Assembly: GCA_018672145.1 (NCBI GenBank)
Contig: JABHGH010000061.1
Location: 1 to 50,529, forward strand
From: Flavobacteriaceae bacterium
Lineage (GTDB): Bacteria > Bacteroidota > Bacteroidia > Flavobacteriales > Flavobacteriaceae
Reading direction: 5' to 3'
DNA: 50,529 nt
The position numbers and the translations under genes were made by a program. The notes under the pieces are model-generated. The model did no database searches and was not told the origin of the DNA. It saw nothing but the letters and a program-made list of their open reading frames with translations. Positions 8,552 through 17,009 of this stretch are shown piece by piece (position 1 is the first letter of the stretch; each line of letters begins with the position of its first letter).

Positions 8552-8890
8552 TTATGATTTTGCTGTTAATCGTTCTATTCGTTTTTCGGCCCATAGCTCT
8601 GCATGCTTGTCGAGTTTGACCGTGAGATAGCGCATTACGCGCTCATCGCGTCTAAATTCCAGTTCTAAAGCATGTACAACTTCTGCGTTGACTTTGAAGT
8701 CGAAAAGGTGATAAAATCCACTTTTCTTGTTTTGAATTGGATAGGCAAACTTTTTCAAGCCCCAGTCCTCTTTATTCACAAAGTCACCACCGTTGGTAGT
8801 GATTAAATCAGCATACTTTTGAACTGCTTCCTTTACCTGATCAACAGATAAAACGGGATTTAAAATGAAAACAGTTTCGTAATGATTCAT
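8552..8890 (-). CDS. rpsF: 30S ribosomal protein S6
   Basis: MNHYETVFILNPVLS... with 112 aa. It is the first gene of the rpsF-rpsR-rplI operon. Confidence 0.95.
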   Translation of the reverse strand: MNHYETVFILNPVLSVDQVKEAVQKYADLITTNGGDFVNKEDWGLKKFAYPIQNKKSGFYHLFDFKVNAEVVHALELEFRRDERVMRYLTVKLDKHAELWAEKRIERLTAKS

Positions 8891-9000
8891 ATTTCTAAAT
8901 TGGTTGGCGAAATTATCACTTTTGTTTTATTAATCCAACCCTTTTGACAGATATTAAAACTAAGCTGATTATAGATGGGAAGTAAAATAAACTTTTTTTG

Positions 9001-11433
9001 TTAGGTTGGGTCAACGTCAATTCCCAGTTTTACTGATCGATAAGAAGGGATTTGCTCAAATCGTTTAACAATTCGTGCCAGTTGCTCTTTTGCTAATGAA
9101 GATGATTTATCTGCAGGTAACTTTATCATTAAATGCATCAAAAAATGGTTCCTTACACGCCCAACAGCTGGTGATTGTGGACCCAAAACATTAGGGAAAT
9201 GATTGCTGAGTGCTTGTCCAATCCAATTTGCTGCCTCTTGAACAACAGAAAAATTTCTATGCTTGAGTTCACAACGTATTAATCTTACAAAGGGAGGGTA
9301 TTCGAACTGCTTTCGCTGTTGCAATTGAACGTTCATCATTCCGTTATAATCATAAGATTGCAGTTGCTTTAAAACGCGATGACTTGTATCGTATGTTTGG
9401 ACAAGAACTTTTCCATGATTATCGGTACGGCCAGCACGACCTGCCACCTGTAACAACATCTGAAATGCTCGCTCGTGGGCGCGAAAATCAGGGAAATTTA
9501 GGAGCCCGTCAGCAAGTACAACGCCAACAAGTGTAACACCGCCAAAATCCAACCCTTTGGTCAACATCTGTGTGCCTACTAAAATATCCAATTCATGCTG
9601 CTGAAAACGGTCTATTAGTTTTCGATGGCCATGTTTACCTCTAGTCGTGTCTGAATCCATTCGCCCTACCCGAGCATCTGGAAAAAGTTTTTGAATTTCA
9701 TCTTCTACTTGTTGCGTCCCTAACCCCATGGTTCTAGGATGAGCTGTTCCGCAAGCAACACAATGTGAATGACTCAAAATATGATATCCGCAGTAGTGGC
9801 ATTTGAGTTTCTGGTTATGCTTATGAAATGTTAGGCTAACATCACAATTGGGACATTGAGGTACATGTGCACAAGCAGTACAATTTACAAAAGGCGAAAA
9901 ACCTCTTCTGTTTTGAAAAAGAATAATTTGCTCATTAGCATCCAGTGCACTCGATATTGAATGAAGTAAAGTGTCCGAAAAATGACCCTTCATCTGCTTT
10001 TTCTTTTGAGCGACTTGCAAATCAATCAATTCAATTTTTGGCATGGAAAAACCTCTAAAACGCTGATCCATCACAACACGCTCGTACTTACCTATTGAAC
10101 TATTAAAAGAAGACTCTATCGTTGGCGACGCAGAACCAAGGACAATTTTAGCATCATGTATTTTTGCAAGAACAACAGCTACATCTCGAGCGTGATAACG
10201 AGGATTTGACTCAAACTGTTTGTAGGCGACCTCGTGTGACTCATCTACCACGATGAGTCCAAGGTCTGAAAACGGTAAAAGCACTGCTGAGCGAGCGCCT
10301 ACAACAAGTCTCGCACTAGATTTTTGATGAAGTACTTTGTTCCAAACCTCCACACGTTCGTTGGGCGTGTAACGAGAATGATAGACGGCCATTTGTGTCC
10401 CAAAATGGACATATAAACGCTGAATAATTTGAGTTGTCAATGCAATCTCTGGTACCAAAAAAAGGACTTGTTTGCCTTCATTGAGAACATCTTGAATCAG
10501 ATGCATATAAACTTCTGTTTTCCCAGAAGAAGTAACTCCGTGAAGAAGAAAGCGATTTTCTTTAAACAAAGGGTTTTGCAATTGCTGAAAGGCCTGTTTT
10601 TGAGGCTCCGTGAGAGTGCGTAACGGCGTTTCTGGCTCTGTCTTAACCACCAGTCGATCGACAACAAAAGATTTGGCTGCAAAAATACCTTTCTTAAGGA
10701 GTGTATCAACAGATGATTTGGAAACTCCTGAAAGCGCAACAAATTGTGACTTGGTTATTGGTTTCTTGTGTTGAACCAATTGCAAAAGAGCTTGTTTTTG
10801 CTTTGGATAGTTGTCCAAATCCTGTAATACTTGTTTAAGCGTAACATCATCTGACAATGATGAGTCTAGGGAAATTCTAGTTTCTTCCTTTGGTTTAAAC
10901 CTAGTATAAACTTCTTCACGCAATTGAATCAATTCGTGATTCATCAACTCTTGCGCTAGTTTGTAGGGCCTTTTCGAAATGTCCAGCTTTATCACGTCAG
11001 ACAAAGCCATTTTCCCAAACTTTTGCAAGGCTTTAAGTAGTTTTGCCGCAGGAGGGCTTAATTGCAGATTGGAGTTCGCTTGTTGATTAAAATGAAGTTC
11101 TGTTTCACTTTCCAACAATAAAATACTAGGCAACGCTGCACGTAAAACGCTCCCCATCGGGCTCATATAGTAACTAGAAATCCACTCCCACAATTCCATT
11201 TGAACAGGGCTAATCACAGGGGATTCGTCAATAATATAATCGATAGGCTTGGCTTCGTAAGCTGGCTGGACAGTATGCGTCTGATGACTTAGTGCAGCAT
11301 ATTTTTTTGTTTTGCCAAAAGGAACTACAATTCGCATTCCCACTTTGATAAAATTGTACTCTTCTGGTGTAATGGAATAAGTAAACAACTTAGGAATGGG
11401 AAGCGGTAGAATAACATTCACAAAATGCTGCAT
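9001..11433 (-). CDS. priA: primosomal protein N' (replication restart helicase PriA)
   Basis: Walker A GVTSSGKTEVY, VVDESHE (DExH), the Cys-rich Zn insertion CTACAHVPQCPNCDVSLTFH...CHYCG...CVACG, about 810 aa. The listed first codon is TTG (11434-11436) directly followed by ATG, so I take the ATG at 11433. Confidence 0.95.
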   Translation of the reverse strand: MQHFVNVILPLPIPKLFTYSITPEEYNFIKVGMRIVVPFGKTKKYAALSHQTHTVQPAYEAKPIDYIIDESPVISPVQMELWEWISSYYMSPMGSVLRAALPSILLLESETELHFNQQANSNLQLSPPAAKLLKALQKFGKMALSDVIKLDISKRPYKLAQELMNHELIQLREEVYTRFKPKEETRISLDSSLSDDVTLKQVLQDLDNYPKQKQALLQLVQHKKPITKSQFVALSGVSKSSVDTLLKKGIFAAKSFVVDRLVVKTEPETPLRTLTEPQKQAFQQLQNPLFKENRFLLHGVTSSGKTEVYMHLIQDVLNEGKQVLFLVPEIALTTQIIQRLYVHFGTQMAVYHSRYTPNERVEVWNKVLHQKSSARLVVGARSAVLLPFSDLGLIVVDESHEVAYKQFESNPRYHARDVAVVLAKIHDAKIVLGSASPTIESSFNSSIGKYERVVMDQRFRGFSMPKIELIDLQVAQKKKQMKGHFSDTLLHSISSALDANEQIILFQNRRGFSPFVNCTACAHVPQCPNCDVSLTFHKHNQKLKCHYCGYHILSHSHCVACGTAHPRTMGLGTQQVEDEIQKLFPDARVGRMDSDTTRGKHGHRKLIDRFQQHELDILVGTQMLTKGLDFGGVTLVGVVLADGLLNFPDFRAHERAFQMLLQVAGRAGRTDNHGKVLVQTYDTSHRVLKQLQSYDYNGMMNVQLQQRKQFEYPPFVRLIRCELKHRNFSVVQEAANWIGQALSNHFPNVLGPQSPAVGRVRNHFLMHLMIKLPADKSSSLAKEQLARIVKRFEQIPSYRSVKLGIDVDPT

Positions 11434-11564
11434 CAAAGTTTAATTTTGCTTAAAAAATAAAATCTGTTATTCACCCGTAATAAGTGAAAATGATCTGTGT
11501 GAAACGCATGTTTCACAAGTAGCTAAATTAAGAAAATTCTTTCGGGTCACTAGGCAAATGATTG

Positions 11565-11572
11565 TATCTTTA
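11565..11572 (+). promoter_or_regulatory. -7-like box TATCTTTA, 5 nt upstream of the rlmH ATG
   Basis: TATCTTTA-catcc-ATG. This is the same variant box and spacing as at hisS. Confidence 0.3.
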
Positions 11573-11577
11573 CATCC

Positions 11578-12045
11578 ATGAAATTAAAGTGCATAGCAAT
11601 TGGCAAAACCTCCACGCCTCATGGCATTGATCAGGTACAGCTATACACACAGCGTATTCAGCGATTTGTTCCTTTTGAATGGATTGAACTTAAAGAGGCA
11701 AAACATCTAAAGAACAACCCATCAAATGCACTTAAATTAGAGGGCGAAAATGTTTTAAAAGCTCTTGGAACTAACGACACTTTAATACTTTTTGACGAAA
11801 AAGGAAAAAGCATGGATTCTATAGGATTTGCTCGTTTCATGGATCGGCAGTCGATAGCACACAAGACAATTGTTTTTTGTATTGGAGGTGCCTATGGTTT
11901 TAGCGAATCACTACGCAAGCGTGCAAATGGCACCATCTCATTGTCACCAATGACCTTTCCCCACCAACTTGCTCGTGTGGTTGGACTTGAGCAAATTTAT
12001 AGAGGTTGCACAATTATCAATAATCATCCATATCATCACGTATGA
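11578..12045 (+). CDS. rlmH: 23S rRNA (pseudouridine1915-N3)-methyltransferase
   Basis: 155 aa SPOUT protein. IGGAYGFS...SLSPMTFPHQLARVVGLEQIYRG is the RlmH C-terminal knot region. Confidence 0.9.
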   Translation: MKLKCIAIGKTSTPHGIDQVQLYTQRIQRFVPFEWIELKEAKHLKNNPSNALKLEGENVLKALGTNDTLILFDEKGKSMDSIGFARFMDRQSIAHKTIVFCIGGAYGFSESLRKRANGTISLSPMTFPHQLARVVGLEQIYRGCTIINNHPYHHV

Positions 12046-12629
12046 AAGATCTCATTTTAGCTACGCATAATCCGCACAAAGCAGAAGAATTGAAAGCCAT
12101 GCTTCCACAATTTAATGTCAAAACACTTGCTGATTTGAAGATGATGGATGACATTCCAGAAACAGCACCAGACTTGGAAGGAAACTCATTCATCAAAGCA
12201 ACTACAATCTTTGAAAAGTTTGGAGGCATTGTCGTCGCCGATGACAGTGGCTTAGAGGTAAACGCTTTATCAGGTGCGCCGGGCGTTCACTCTGCGCGAT
12301 ATGCGGGGAAGCCACGTAACGACACAAGAAACACCGAAAAACTACTCCATGCACTATTGAATAAAACAAATCGCAATGCTCAATTTCGGACAGTAATCAC
12401 ACTCATGAGCGCAAAAGAAACGCGTCAGTTTGAAGGCATTGTCAAAGGAACGATCAATACTCAGCCCAAAGGAGCTGATGGCTTTGGCTACGACCCGGTT
12501 TTTACACCAGAAGGATATGACAAAACGTTTGCGGAAATTTCTCAACACAAAAAAAACAGCATCAGTCACCGAGCGAATGCCATAAAAAGACTGGTTGCAT
12601 TTTTAAATGAACACCCAACTTTTTGTTAA
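12042..12629 (+). CDS. rdgB: dITP/XTP pyrophosphatase (Ham1/RdgB family)
   Basis: ATHNPHKAEE, DDSGLEV, FGYDPVF and SHRANA motifs. 195 aa. ATGA overlap with rlmH. Confidence 0.9.
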   Translation: MKDLILATHNPHKAEELKAMLPQFNVKTLADLKMMDDIPETAPDLEGNSFIKATTIFEKFGGIVVADDSGLEVNALSGAPGVHSARYAGKPRNDTRNTEKLLHALLNKTNRNAQFRTVITLMSAKETRQFEGIVKGTINTQPKGADGFGYDPVFTPEGYDKTFAEISQHKKNSISHRANAIKRLVAFLNEHPTFC

Positions 12630-12690
12630 ATTTTAGTGAAAAACAAGCCAGTTTACCATTTAATCACTTTAGTTTGCAATATTGAAAACA

Positions 12691-13449
12691 ATGACTGCTA
12701 GATTTTTATACATACTTTTTTTCTTCGTGTGGTTTCCGACACTTAACGCTCAAGAGGTGATCGGAGTTGTGAAAAATGCAGCAAATGGCAAGCCAATTAC
12801 AACTGTTCATGTACTCAACCTCAACAAAGTGGTCATGAGCATTACAAACAGCGATGGTGTTTTTGTGATTCCAGCCGAGGTCAATGACACTCTATTTCTC
12901 TCCTATTTAGGTTTTAAAACAATTAAAGTCAGGGTTACAAATGATTTGCTGAAATTTCCAAAAACAGAATTCAAAATCACAGAGCTCGCGTTAGCATTAG
13001 AAGAAGTCATTGTTAGACCTTATCAACTAACGGGATATTTAGAAATTGACGCAAAGAATGTCCCCATCAATCGAAATCAACGATACAGTATTCCTGGTCT
13101 ACCCACTGGCGGTTACGAAGCAGGAAGTCGAGGCCCTTCCGCCTTCTCTAGAGTTGTTGGCTCTATTTTCAATCCTTTTGATTTTCTGCATAATCTTTTT
13201 GGCAAAAAACCAAATGAGTTACGTAAACTAAAAAAAATGATAGAAAACAATGCGCTTCGTGATTTGTTGGCTGTAAAATATGATCGCGAAACGCTTGAAG
13301 AGTTTCTACAACTGGGTAGCAGTGATATCGATGAAATCTTACGAAACTGCAATTTCTCCGAAAGTTTTATTCGTACTGCCAACGATTTACAGATTCTAGA
13401 AGCCATCAGCGGTTGCTACGAGGAATACAAGATTTTGAGTCGCAGATAA
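12691..13449 (+). CDS. secreted carboxypeptidase-regulatory-like (CarboxypepD_reg) domain protein, function unknown
   Basis: Signal peptide MTARFLYILFFFVWFPTLNAQ. The N-terminal GVVKNAANGKPITTVHVLN...TNSDGVFVIP...FLSYLGFK matches the CarboxypepD_reg beta-sandwich pattern. The start could also be TTG 12682. Confidence 0.5.
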   Translation: MTARFLYILFFFVWFPTLNAQEVIGVVKNAANGKPITTVHVLNLNKVVMSITNSDGVFVIPAEVNDTLFLSYLGFKTIKVRVTNDLLKFPKTEFKITELALALEEVIVRPYQLTGYLEIDAKNVPINRNQRYSIPGLPTGGYEAGSRGPSAFSRVVGSIFNPFDFLHNLFGKKPNELRKLKKMIENNALRDLLAVKYDRETLEEFLQLGSSDIDEILRNCNFSESFIRTANDLQILEAISGCYEEYKILSRR

Positions 13450-13462
13450 GCACATAAAATAC

Positions 13463-13470
13463 TACCTTTG
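13463..13470 (+). promoter_or_regulatory. -7 box TACCTTTG upstream of purB
   Basis: Exact TAnnTTTG match 16 nt before the ATG at 13487. Confidence 0.4.
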
Positions 13471-13486
13471 CAGCTGAAAGTATGCC

Positions 13487-14830
13487 ATGTTGCTAAACAC
13501 ACTCAATGCCATCTCACCCATCGACGGGCGCTATCGTAGCAAAACAAAATCTCTTCACGCTTTTTTTTCAGAGCAAGCACTCATAAAATATCGAGTAAAG
13601 GTTGAAGTAGAATATTTTATTGCGCTTTGCGTTCACCCATTACCACAACTTAAAAGTTTCAACCATTCGTTGTTTGAAGATTTGCGCGCATTGTACGAGC
13701 ACTTTTCGTTTGAGGACGCCAAAACGATTAAGGATATTGAAAAAACAACAAACCACGATGTCAAAGCAGTAGAGTATTTCCTTAAAAACGAATTTGATCG
13801 ACTTGGAATCGGTCAGTATAAGGAGTTCATACACTTTGGACTGACCTCTCAAGACGTAAACAACACTGCGATTCCTTTATCAATTAAAGACGCAATCAGT
13901 GAGGTGATTTTACCAACACTTTCCGCCACGCTTACTGAGTTAAACAAAATGGCTGATGAATATGAAAATGTTCCTCTGCTTGCACGAACACATGGCCAGC
14001 CAGCATCTCCAACTCGACTGGGGAAAGAAATTCGTGTTTTTACAGAGCGTGTCAAACAGCAACTTTCGTTGCTTAACAATATTCCCTATGCAGCTAAGTT
14101 TGGTGGTGCTACTGGCAATTTTAATGCGCACAGAGTGGCATATCCACAAACCGACTGGAAGTCGTTTGGACATCATTTTGTTAAAAATGTCTTAGGGCTA
14201 CACCATTCGTTTCCCACGACACAGATTGAGCACTATGATCACTTAGCCGCTCTTTGCGATGTGTTTTCGCGAATAAACACTGTTTTTATTGACCTAAATC
14301 GAGATCTATGGACGTATATATCCATGGAATATTTTAAGCAGCGAATTAATGAAAATGAGGTTGGTTCTTCTGCTATGCCACACAAAGTAAACCCAATAGA
14401 CTTTGAAAATTCTGAAGGAAATTTAGGTGTCGCAAACGCACTTTTTTCTTTTCTTTCCTCCAAGCTTCCTGTATCCAGACTTCAACGTGACTTGACAGAC
14501 AGTACGTTACTTCGAAATATTGGTGTCCCTTTTAGCCACACACTCATTGCGTTAAAATCGCTTCGTAAAGGTCTTAGCAAACTAGAGGTCAACCTTGCTG
14601 CTATTGATCAGGATTTGACAGACAACTGGGCAGTAGTTGCCGAGGCCGTTCAAACTATTTTACGTAGAGAAGGCTTTCCCAACCCATACGAAGCGTTGAA
14701 AGGGCTCACCCGAACCAACGCTGTAATCACTAAAGATAGTATGCAGAGTTTTATCAACACATTAGATGTTTCGGAAGAGGTGAAATCCGAATTGCTACGA
14801 ATTACGCCTCAAAATTACACAGGCATATGA
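13487..14830 (+). CDS. purB: adenylosuccinate lyase
   Basis: Fumarate-lyase signature GSSAMPHKVNP. 447 aa, PurB-like throughout. Confidence 0.95.
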   Translation: MLLNTLNAISPIDGRYRSKTKSLHAFFSEQALIKYRVKVEVEYFIALCVHPLPQLKSFNHSLFEDLRALYEHFSFEDAKTIKDIEKTTNHDVKAVEYFLKNEFDRLGIGQYKEFIHFGLTSQDVNNTAIPLSIKDAISEVILPTLSATLTELNKMADEYENVPLLARTHGQPASPTRLGKEIRVFTERVKQQLSLLNNIPYAAKFGGATGNFNAHRVAYPQTDWKSFGHHFVKNVLGLHHSFPTTQIEHYDHLAALCDVFSRINTVFIDLNRDLWTYISMEYFKQRINENEVGSSAMPHKVNPIDFENSEGNLGVANALFSFLSSKLPVSRLQRDLTDSTLLRNIGVPFSHTLIALKSLRKGLSKLEVNLAAIDQDLTDNWAVVAEAVQTILRREGFPNPYEALKGLTRTNAVITKDSMQSFINTLDVSEEVKSELLRITPQNYTGI

Positions 14831-14832
14831 CG

Positions 14833-15378
14833 CTAAATACTTAGCTGACTTTTAAGCTTTTTTAAATCTTCACTTGCCGGAAGGTTTAATTCTTTTGTTA
14901 ATGAAGCGATTTTCTCGAGATCAATATTTCCTTTAATAAAAAGCAACACTGTCTGTGGACTTAAAGATGGGTCTATTATCGATGATTCTTGTTCGGTTAC
15001 AAGCATAAGCAATTCCTTTACAAAAAGACTGTCTTGAGATGGTAGTGCATAAAAGTTAACCTTGCTATCGTCTTCTTGAACCTGCATAAGCTCACTGAGA
15101 TTATTTGCATTTACATACGTTTGCGTCCATTGTGAAAGATGATTTGAAATTGCTGCGTCATCTGTGCGAAGTAGCTTAAAGGTATCAATGCTTGACACCA
15201 GTTCAAAAAACTCTTTGGCATCAGGGTTCGAATCATCAATGTTCATATTAGCCAACATTTGAAACATGCGTGGACTAATGGACACATAGGTCACTTGATC
15301 ATTGGATTGATACTTGTCAAAAATGGGTTGCGCCATCATAAATGGAGCAATGAGTACGAACAAAAAAATTGTTTTCAC
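14833..15378 (-). CDS. DUF4252-like secreted protein
   Basis: GTG start, signal peptide, 181 aa. The pattern VSISPRMFQMLA...ELMQV...NFYA recalls DUF4252 (from memory). Confidence 0.6.
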   Translation of the reverse strand: MKTIFLFVLIAPFMMAQPIFDKYQSNDQVTYVSISPRMFQMLANMNIDDSNPDAKEFFELVSSIDTFKLLRTDDAAISNHLSQWTQTYVNANNLSELMQVQEDDSKVNFYALPSQDSLFVKELLMLVTEQESSIIDPSLSPQTVLLFIKGNIDLEKIASLTKELNLPASEDLKKLKSQLSI

Positions 15379-15584
15379 GGTATTGTAGTTTTGGTTCCTG
15401 TCAAGGGGGCATGTTTACAACATTGACAAACAGACACTCCTTGATTATTTACGAAAATACAGTAAAGATTTATTTTGTCATGGCAAAAGCATCAATCATT
15501 ATGTAAAAATCTTTTCAAACAATCATTATTTAAAAATGATTAATTTGCAATGAGATAAAGTTTGCTCCTAAAATATTTGAATTA

Positions 15585-17009
15585 ATGCGCTACACTTTTT
15601 ATTTCTTTTTGGCCTTCATATTTTTACTTTCATGCAAAGATGATAATACTAGTCAAAGCACTGAAAGCTTAGAGATCGAAAAATTTGTTTGGGAGGGATT
15701 AAATTATATTTATTATTGGCAACAAACTGTTCCAGACCTCGCTGACGACCGTTTTGACTCACAGAAAGCATATACTTCTTACTTACGTCAATTTAATGGA
15801 AAACCTGATGTTTTATTTGAGTCTTTACTATCTGAAGAGGATCGTTTTAGTTGGATTGTAGATGATTATGTTGCGTTGGAAAATCAGCTAAATCGTGTCT
15901 ATAAGACATCTGGGATGAGCCTAATTTTGGCAGAGTTAGGAGAAACAGGAGGTGTGTTTGCTATAGTGCGCTATGTATTACCAGGGTCAGATGCTGATGA
16001 CAAAGAAATCAAGCGCGGAGACATTTTTTATAGTGTCAACAACGAGCTAATGACCACCGATAACTACTCCGATTTATTGGATTCAGAAAATGAAAACTTT
16101 AGCATTCAGCTTGCACAAATCAACGGAAATGTACTAAATCCCACTGGAGTTAGTGTTAATTTGGTTAAGTCAGTGTTTCAAGAGAATACGGTTCATAAAT
16201 ATGAAGTCATTGAAATTGACAACCAAAAAGTTGGGTATTTAATGTATAATGGATTCACTGCTGATAGTGAAACAAATCTCACCAACGTATTAAGTGAGTT
16301 TTCAGCAGAGGGCATTGATCACTTCGTCATTGATTTACGTTACAATCGAGGGGGTCGAATTAGCGTGGCTATCAAACTTGCTAGTATGATTACTGGTCAG
16401 TTTAATGATGCCCTTTTTGTGCAAGATCAGCACAATGAAAAACGATCCTCTTGGAACGAAAATTATTTGTTTGAAGCACAAGATGTTCATTTGAATATGG
16501 ATAAAATTTATGTAATTACATCGTCCTCAACAGCTTCTGCTAGTGAAGTTTTAATCAATGGATTAGACCCCTATATCGATGTGATTTTGATTGGCGATAC
16601 CACCAGTGGTAAAAACGTGGGGTCATACACCATTTATGATTGGATTGACAATGATGGCACGAAAAACCCAAATCATAATTGGGCTATGCAGCCCATTGCG
16701 CTAAAAATTGCCAACAGCCAAGGGTTTGCAGAATTTGAAAAGGGACTGGCTGCAGATCACATTTTACTAGAATCAATCAGTAATTTGGGAACAATAGGTG
16801 CCATCGACGAACCCTTGTTTGAAAAAACGCTTGAAGTCATGGGAGTGCTAACACCTCAACCCCTAAGAAACGATCAACTCAATCGGCAAAAAATCCCATT
16901 TAAGGTGCTTAAACCACTTGAAAAAAACTTCATGCATGTGGATTTACCTAAGCAACTACGATTTAAAACGTATAGGAAACACCAAGAGAAAAATTCCGAC
17001 CTCGAGTAG
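15585..17009 (+). CDS. S41 family peptidase (C-terminal processing type), lipoprotein
   Basis: Lipoprotein signal FIFLLSC. S41 motifs DLRYNRGGR and TSSSTASASEVLINGL (catalytic Ser region). 474 aa. Confidence 0.8.
   Translation: MRYTFYFFLAFIFLLSCKDDNTSQSTESLEIEKFVWEGLNYIYYWQQTVPDLADDRFDSQKAYTSYLRQFNGKPDVLFESLLSEEDRFSWIVDDYVALENQLNRVYKTSGMSLILAELGETGGVFAIVRYVLPGSDADDKEIKRGDIFYSVNNELMTTDNYSDLLDSENENFSIQLAQINGNVLNPTGVSVNLVKSVFQENTVHKYEVIEIDNQKVGYLMYNGFTADSETNLTNVLSEFSAEGIDHFVIDLRYNRGGRISVAIKLASMITGQFNDALFVQDQHNEKRSSWNENYLFEAQDVHLNMDKIYVITSSSTASASEVLINGLDPYIDVILIGDTTSGKNVGSYTIYDWIDNDGTKNPNHNWAMQPIALKIANSQGFAEFEKGLAADHILLESISNLGTIGAIDEPLFEKTLEVMGVLTPQPLRNDQLNRQKIPFKVLKPLEKNFMHVDLPKQLRFKTYRKHQEKNSDLE

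Noticed and set aside
11498-11517. Interpreting TGTGA...TCACA as a canonical CRP site.
   Set aside because: The pentamer spacing is 10 nt, not 6, so a canonical CRP assignment is unsupported. It is retained only as an unexplained perfect inverted repeat.
15411-15509. 32-codon ORF (MFTTLTNRHSLIIYENTVKIYFVMAKASIIM) in the DUF4252/S41 intergenic region.
   Set aside because: It has no recognisable family and no -7 box in front, and it overlaps the direct-repeat operator-like element. It is likely non-coding.
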